DNA of 40,411 nt, taken from a virus. Its lineage: Duplodnaviria > Caudoviricetes. The DNA lies in IMG/VR virus record IMGVR_UViG_3300045947_000123, positions 1 to 40,411 of that record. The stretch is one strand, 5' to 3'. Below the pieces are notes generated by a model. The model saw nothing but the letters and a program-made list of their open reading frames with translations, was not told the DNA's origin and searched no databases. This document shows positions 36,977-40,411 of this stretch, piece after piece. Every line of letters begins with the position of its first letter. Position 1 is the first letter of the stretch. Both the position numbers and the translations under genes were made by a program.

Positions 36977-37347
36977 CCGAGCGACTGACCCCGTCCCCGG
37001 ATCTGCCGGATGCGTACGACCGGCAGCTGGCCGCGCTCCACGATCTGCCGGACGTGACCCGCACGAAGGCCACCACCGTGCGCGTCGTGCCCCCGCTGGG
37101 AGTCGGCGGCACCCAGGTCTTCATCGTCCAGACGTACCGGCAGGCCGAGCGTGGGGACACGATCTTCCTGGAGGTCGTGGGCAACACCGGAGCCGTCCGC
37201 CTCGCGATCCCGGCGAAGGTGGCGAACACCATCGCGCGGCAACGGGATGCTCTGACCGCGAAGACCCGCAGCAAGGCCGCGACCGCCGTCGCGAAGGAGC
37301 GCAAGGCCCAGGGCATCCAGCCCGCGTTCCTGAAGAGGGTCCAGTGA
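36973..37347 (+). CDS. Hypothetical protein (124 aa)
   Basis: AAGGAGG RBS; ATGA coupling. Confidence 0.7.
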   Translation: MTERLTPSPDLPDAYDRQLAALHDLPDVTRTKATTVRVVPPLGVGGTQVFIVQTYRQAERGDTIFLEVVGNTGAVRLAIPAKVANTIARQRDALTAKTRSKAATAVAKERKAQGIQPAFLKRVQ

Positions 37348-37571
37348 AGATGCTGACGTTCCTGAGTCTCGTCGCGCTTCTCGCGGGCTGCGCGACCGCC
37401 CCCGCGCCCCTCGCCTGCTCTGCCGCACTGACCGGCGACCAGTACGATCACGCCTGGTGGATCCGTGAGTGTCGCGGGCGGATGGGCGGCGGCGGGGGGT
37501 TCATCTCCCACGGCGAGGTCTGGCCGCTGCGGCTCCGCGCCATGCCGGGCGGTGGCATCGAGCCCTACTGA
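37344..37571 (+). CDS. Putative lipoprotein
   Basis: LSLVALLAGC lipobox; GTGA coupling. Confidence 0.6.
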   Translation: MKMLTFLSLVALLAGCATAPAPLACSAALTGDQYDHAWWIRECRGRMGGGGGFISHGEVWPLRLRAMPGGGIEPY

Positions 37572-37624
37572 TCTCGAACAGCCTCGGCACCGACGCCGCG
37601 CCGCCAGTACGGGACGCGGCGTCG

Positions 37625-37903
37625 TCACGTCCGCCGCCGGAGCCGCCCGCGAATCGCGAGAGGCGTGCAGCCACATTCCGTGACGCGCCACCGATCCGGT
37701 GGCATCGCCACCATCCGGCCCGCCGACCGGACATCAAGCTGCCCCACCAAGCCGTTCGCCGTGGCGAACTGGAACCAGTGACTCGCGGTTTTATGCCGCG
37801 TAGTCGCGTTGGCCCGGCGGGCCCCCTTCATGCGGAGGCTGCGCCAGACCCGCTTGGGCCGGACCTCGATGGTGAACACGTCACCGGCCTCCGGTGGGAT
37901 CAA
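37625..37903 (-). CDS. Hypothetical protein (92 aa)
   Basis: ORF with ordinary composition, convergent with the + cluster. Confidence 0.45.
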   Translation of the reverse strand: MIPPEAGDVFTIEVRPKRVWRSLRMKGARRANATTRHKTASHWFQFATANGLVGQLDVRSAGRMVAMPPDRWRVTECGCTPLAIRGRLRRRT

Positions 37904-38090
37904 GTGGGGGCCGGATCCGGCGGGCCGGGCGGGGCCCGGCGGCGCGCGTCCCGTGCCGCGTCAGCTGCGGACAGACATCCAGGGTGGTCGCGGTCCGGTC
38001 CGCCGCCCACTGCTCGCCACAGACGAGGCAGCGGAGGTGTCGGTGCTCTGCGTCGCGGGCGATCACGGCGACGGTCGCTGGGCTGGACAT
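37881..38090 (-). CDS. Small Zn-ribbon protein
   Basis: GGAGG RBS; LRCLVCG...C. Confidence 0.45.
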   Translation of the reverse strand: MSSPATVAVIARDAEHRHLRCLVCGEQWAADRTATTLDVCPQLTRHGTRAAGPRPARRIRPPLDPTGGR

Positions 38091-38214
38091 CGAGACACCT
38101 CCGGGGGTGGGGCTGAGATGGCACGCCTGGGCCACGCGGCGGGCGGGAGACGGCACGGCGGGCCCCGGGCCATGCCAGGAGTCAGGGGCGGCAGGCGGCG
38201 GGCGTCCTGGGGCG

Positions 38215-38500
38215 ATTTGCATAACCGATTGATGACGGATTGCGGACGGGGGCATGACCAATCGGTTATGCAAATGGTCATGCCCGTCCGCAATCCGTCA
38301 TCAAAAGTGTGGCCCACGGGACGGACGGCATGGACGGCAGCGTCCACGCACCCCACATTTTGCTGGGCTTTTTCCCCAGCGTTTCCACCCAGACGTGGGA
38401 GAATCCGATATCATGGCCGACAGGAAAACGCGAAATCGCCAGTGTTCATGCGTGTTCCAGATGGGACTTGACTCTCCGTCCGCAATCGGTCCACAATCTG
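38215..38500. other. Candidate attP/recombination region upstream of the integrase
   Basis: Lower GC and apparently non-coding; interleaved 17-, 22- and 11-bp inverted repeats; repeated CCGTCCGCAATC (38284, 38476) resembling arm-type sites. Confidence 0.55.
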
Positions 38501-38554
38501 ACAGGACGGAATGAGCCGTCCACAAAGAACACCGAGCCCAGGAGGCACGGACCG

Positions 38555-39847
38555 ATGTCCACGCAGCCCGCCGCGCATCGCGCCCATGACCGGGCACCCA
38601 AGTTCATCATCGACAAGCGCACCGGGTACCTCATCCTCGTCTACTACCCCGACCCCCAGAGCCCCAAGCGGAAGTACCTCTCCACCATGACTGCCGACAA
38701 GATCGAGGCCCAGCAGTTCGTGGAGCACCACCGGGACCGCATCGGAGCCCAACGGCGGGGCCACGAGACCATCGCGTCGAAGGATCAGGAGTCGTTCACC
38801 ATCGGGCAGGCGCTCGACATGGTCGTCGCGGACTATCTCAAGAATGAGTACGCGAACGCGGACGGGGTCAAGGGCACGTCCGCCCTCATCAAGCTGGAAC
38901 TGGGCAGCGTGCGCTGTCTGGCGCTCGACTTCGACCGGATCGAGAGCGCCCGCGACGCCTGGGCCAAGAAGGGCAAGAAGAAGGGCACGGTCAACCGCTA
39001 CATCGCTCTCGTGCGGCGCGGGTTCAAGCTCGCCGCCGAGCGCAAGCGGATCCCGCATGACCTCACCTTCAAACTCCCCCGCTACGATGAGAAGCCGTTC
39101 ATCCGCAAGGGGTATGTCACTCGACGGGAACTCGACCTCGTGATCGCCCACGAGCCGTGGGCGGCGAGCCGTGACCTCTACGAGTGGTCGTTCTGGACCG
39201 GGATGCGCTTTGGCGAGTCCACGGCTCTGAAGTGGGAGGACTACGACGAGGAGACGTTCACCATCCGTCTCCACGGGACGGACGCGAAGTCTGGCGAGGG
39301 GCGCGCCCTGCCGTTGCCCCCTGGTCCGCTCCGCGATCTCATCGAGCGTCGCCTCGCGGGCCAGCGGGGTCCGTACATCTTCCAACATGCGGGGGCCCAG
39401 ATCATCGACAAGGACCGCTGGGCCTGGGCCTGGAAGCGAGCCGGACTGCCGTTGCGCCCGGTCAATCCGAACCTGACGAAGAAGAAGAAGGGGGGCTCGC
39501 GGCCCCTGCCGGTCAAGCTCTTCCACGATCTGCGTCGGACGGGCGTGCGGAACCTCGTGCGCGCCCTCGTCGCCGTGAAGCACCCCACCCCGGAGCGCAC
39601 CGCGATGCTGATCTCTGGGCACAAGACGCGCGCCATCTTTGAACGCTACAACATCATGGACGAGTTCGAAGCGGCTCCGGCGCTCGTGGCCCTCACGCAG
39701 TATCACGCGACGCAGACTCCGCCGCCCGCGCCCCCGGCGGCAGGCGTCCCGGCGCGCGTCGTCGCCATCACGCGCCAGCCGCGCGGCTCATCCACGCGAG
39801 CAGGCCGCGCCGCTCAAACCGCACCGCGCGTCCGATCCGCTTCGTGA
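38555..39847 (+). CDS. int: Tyrosine recombinase / phage integrase
   Basis: Catalytic R (TGMRFGE), K (DAKSG), HxxR (FHDLRR), H (SGHKT), Y (ERYNI); AGGAGG RBS before ATG at 38555. Confidence 0.95.
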   Translation: MSTQPAAHRAHDRAPKFIIDKRTGYLILVYYPDPQSPKRKYLSTMTADKIEAQQFVEHHRDRIGAQRRGHETIASKDQESFTIGQALDMVVADYLKNEYANADGVKGTSALIKLELGSVRCLALDFDRIESARDAWAKKGKKKGTVNRYIALVRRGFKLAAERKRIPHDLTFKLPRYDEKPFIRKGYVTRRELDLVIAHEPWAASRDLYEWSFWTGMRFGESTALKWEDYDEETFTIRLHGTDAKSGEGRALPLPPGPLRDLIERRLAGQRGPYIFQHAGAQIIDKDRWAWAWKRAGLPLRPVNPNLTKKKKGGSRPLPVKLFHDLRRTGVRNLVRALVAVKHPTPERTAMLISGHKTRAIFERYNIMDEFEAAPALVALTQYHATQTPPPAPPAAGVPARVVAITRQPRGSSTRAGRAAQTAPRVRSAS

Positions 39848-40052
39848 ACGGGTACTCGTCGCGGTGCTCGTACAGGTAGCTGACCGAGATCCCCAGTAGT
39901 CGCGCCGCCTCACGGGCCGGGATCAGACGTGGTTCCCCTGATCCCGGCCCGTCGTCGTTCGCCTCCCCGCTCGTCTTCGCCAACTCCTCCGCGAGCGCGA
40001 TATGCGCCCGTGCGACGGCGTGATGAAAGCGTGCGTACGCTGCCTCAGACAT
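39768..40052 (-). CDS. xis: Excisionase-like HTH protein
   Basis: LIPAREAARLLGISVSYLY..PFTKRIGRAVRFERRGLLAWM; GGGAGG RBS; next to int. Confidence 0.8.
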   Translation of the reverse strand: MSEAAYARFHHAVARAHIALAEELAKTSGEANDDGPGSGEPRLIPAREAARLLGISVSYLYEHRDEYPFTKRIGRAVRFERRGLLAWMSRAAGA

Positions 40053-40284
40053 TCCGTGCCTCCCACGCCTCGCCGCGTTCAGCCAAGCCAGGGCAGGCCC
40101 AGCCGCGACCGCCGCGCCGAACGTTACCAAGCCAGGGCTCGCGTCGCCAACCCTAGACCGCCGGACCAGTCCGCACTCACCGCATCCGGCCTCGCCCGAC
40201 CGTGCCTGTCCTCACCGCACCTCGCCCGGTCAGACCAGGACCGCCGGACCACACCCAACCTGTCCACGCAGTCCAGCACGCCTG
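40053..40284 (-). repeat. GGY-NN pentamer array, 3' part (continuous with 1-437 across the junction)
   Basis: e.g. GGCG GTCCT GGTCT GACCG GGCGA GGTGC GGTGA GGACA GGCAC GGTCG GGCGA GGCCG; delimiter gaccgcc at 40107, 40156, 40239. Confidence 0.9.
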
Positions 40285-40411
40285 GACCGCCGCGCCTCAC
40301 TTGCCATACCCTGACGTCCCGACGTTGCCATTCCGTCACTGCCGCGAACACCAAGCCGTGCCACGACCGCCACGGCTGACCCGACCACGGCTGACCTAGT
40401 CGCGCCTCGCG
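40285..40411. repeat. Terminal direct repeat, right copy (identical to 1-127)
   Basis: Exact duplication of the first 127 nt. Confidence 0.95.

Larger units (their letters stand above)
1..40411. mobile_element. Complete temperate podovirus-like phage genome
   Basis: Circular overlap; integrase, repressor switch, terminase, portal, capsid and tail tubular genes; no host housekeeping genes. Confidence 0.93.

Noticed and set aside
38100-38550. tRNA gene or tRNA-derived att core
   Set aside because: No cloverleaf or GTTCGA T-loop motif recognisable by eye
38309-38554. N-terminal extension of the integrase ORF
   Set aside because: Strong AGGAGG RBS precedes the ATG at 38555; the upstream part is the repeat-rich regulatory/att region
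40285-40411. Biological terminal repeat or attL/attR
   Set aside because: Exactly 127 nt and cuts through the middle of the array; best explained as assembler overlap

Overview
The window looks like one complete, circularly assembled temperate podovirus-type phage genome of about 40.3 kb and high GC. Bases 1-127 are repeated exactly at 40285-40411. Recognisable modules are a tyrosine integrase with a convergent xis, a YqaJ/RecT recombination operon, a divergent cro/cI-like switch, a replication-initiator-like gene with iteron-like repeats, and a T7/BPP-1-like virion block. The virion block has TerL, portal, scaffold, capsid, tail tubular A and B, ejection proteins (including a ~1750-aa polyvalent protein with an ADP-ribosyltransferase-like domain) and a repeat-rich tail fibre. 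The standout feature lies at the end of the RecT operon, across the contig junction. A 273-aa protein with RAMP/Cas7-like motifs (911-1732) is translationally coupled to a 158-aa partner (438-914). These are followed by a ~670-bp non-coding array (437->1, then 40284->40053, minus strand) built from GGY-NN pentamers and split into about 13 units by a GGCGGTC/GGCAGT motif. This looks like a phage-encoded, non-CRISPR RNA-guided system whose guide information sits in the variable dinucleotides. All protein family calls come from motif recognition by eye; no searches were run.
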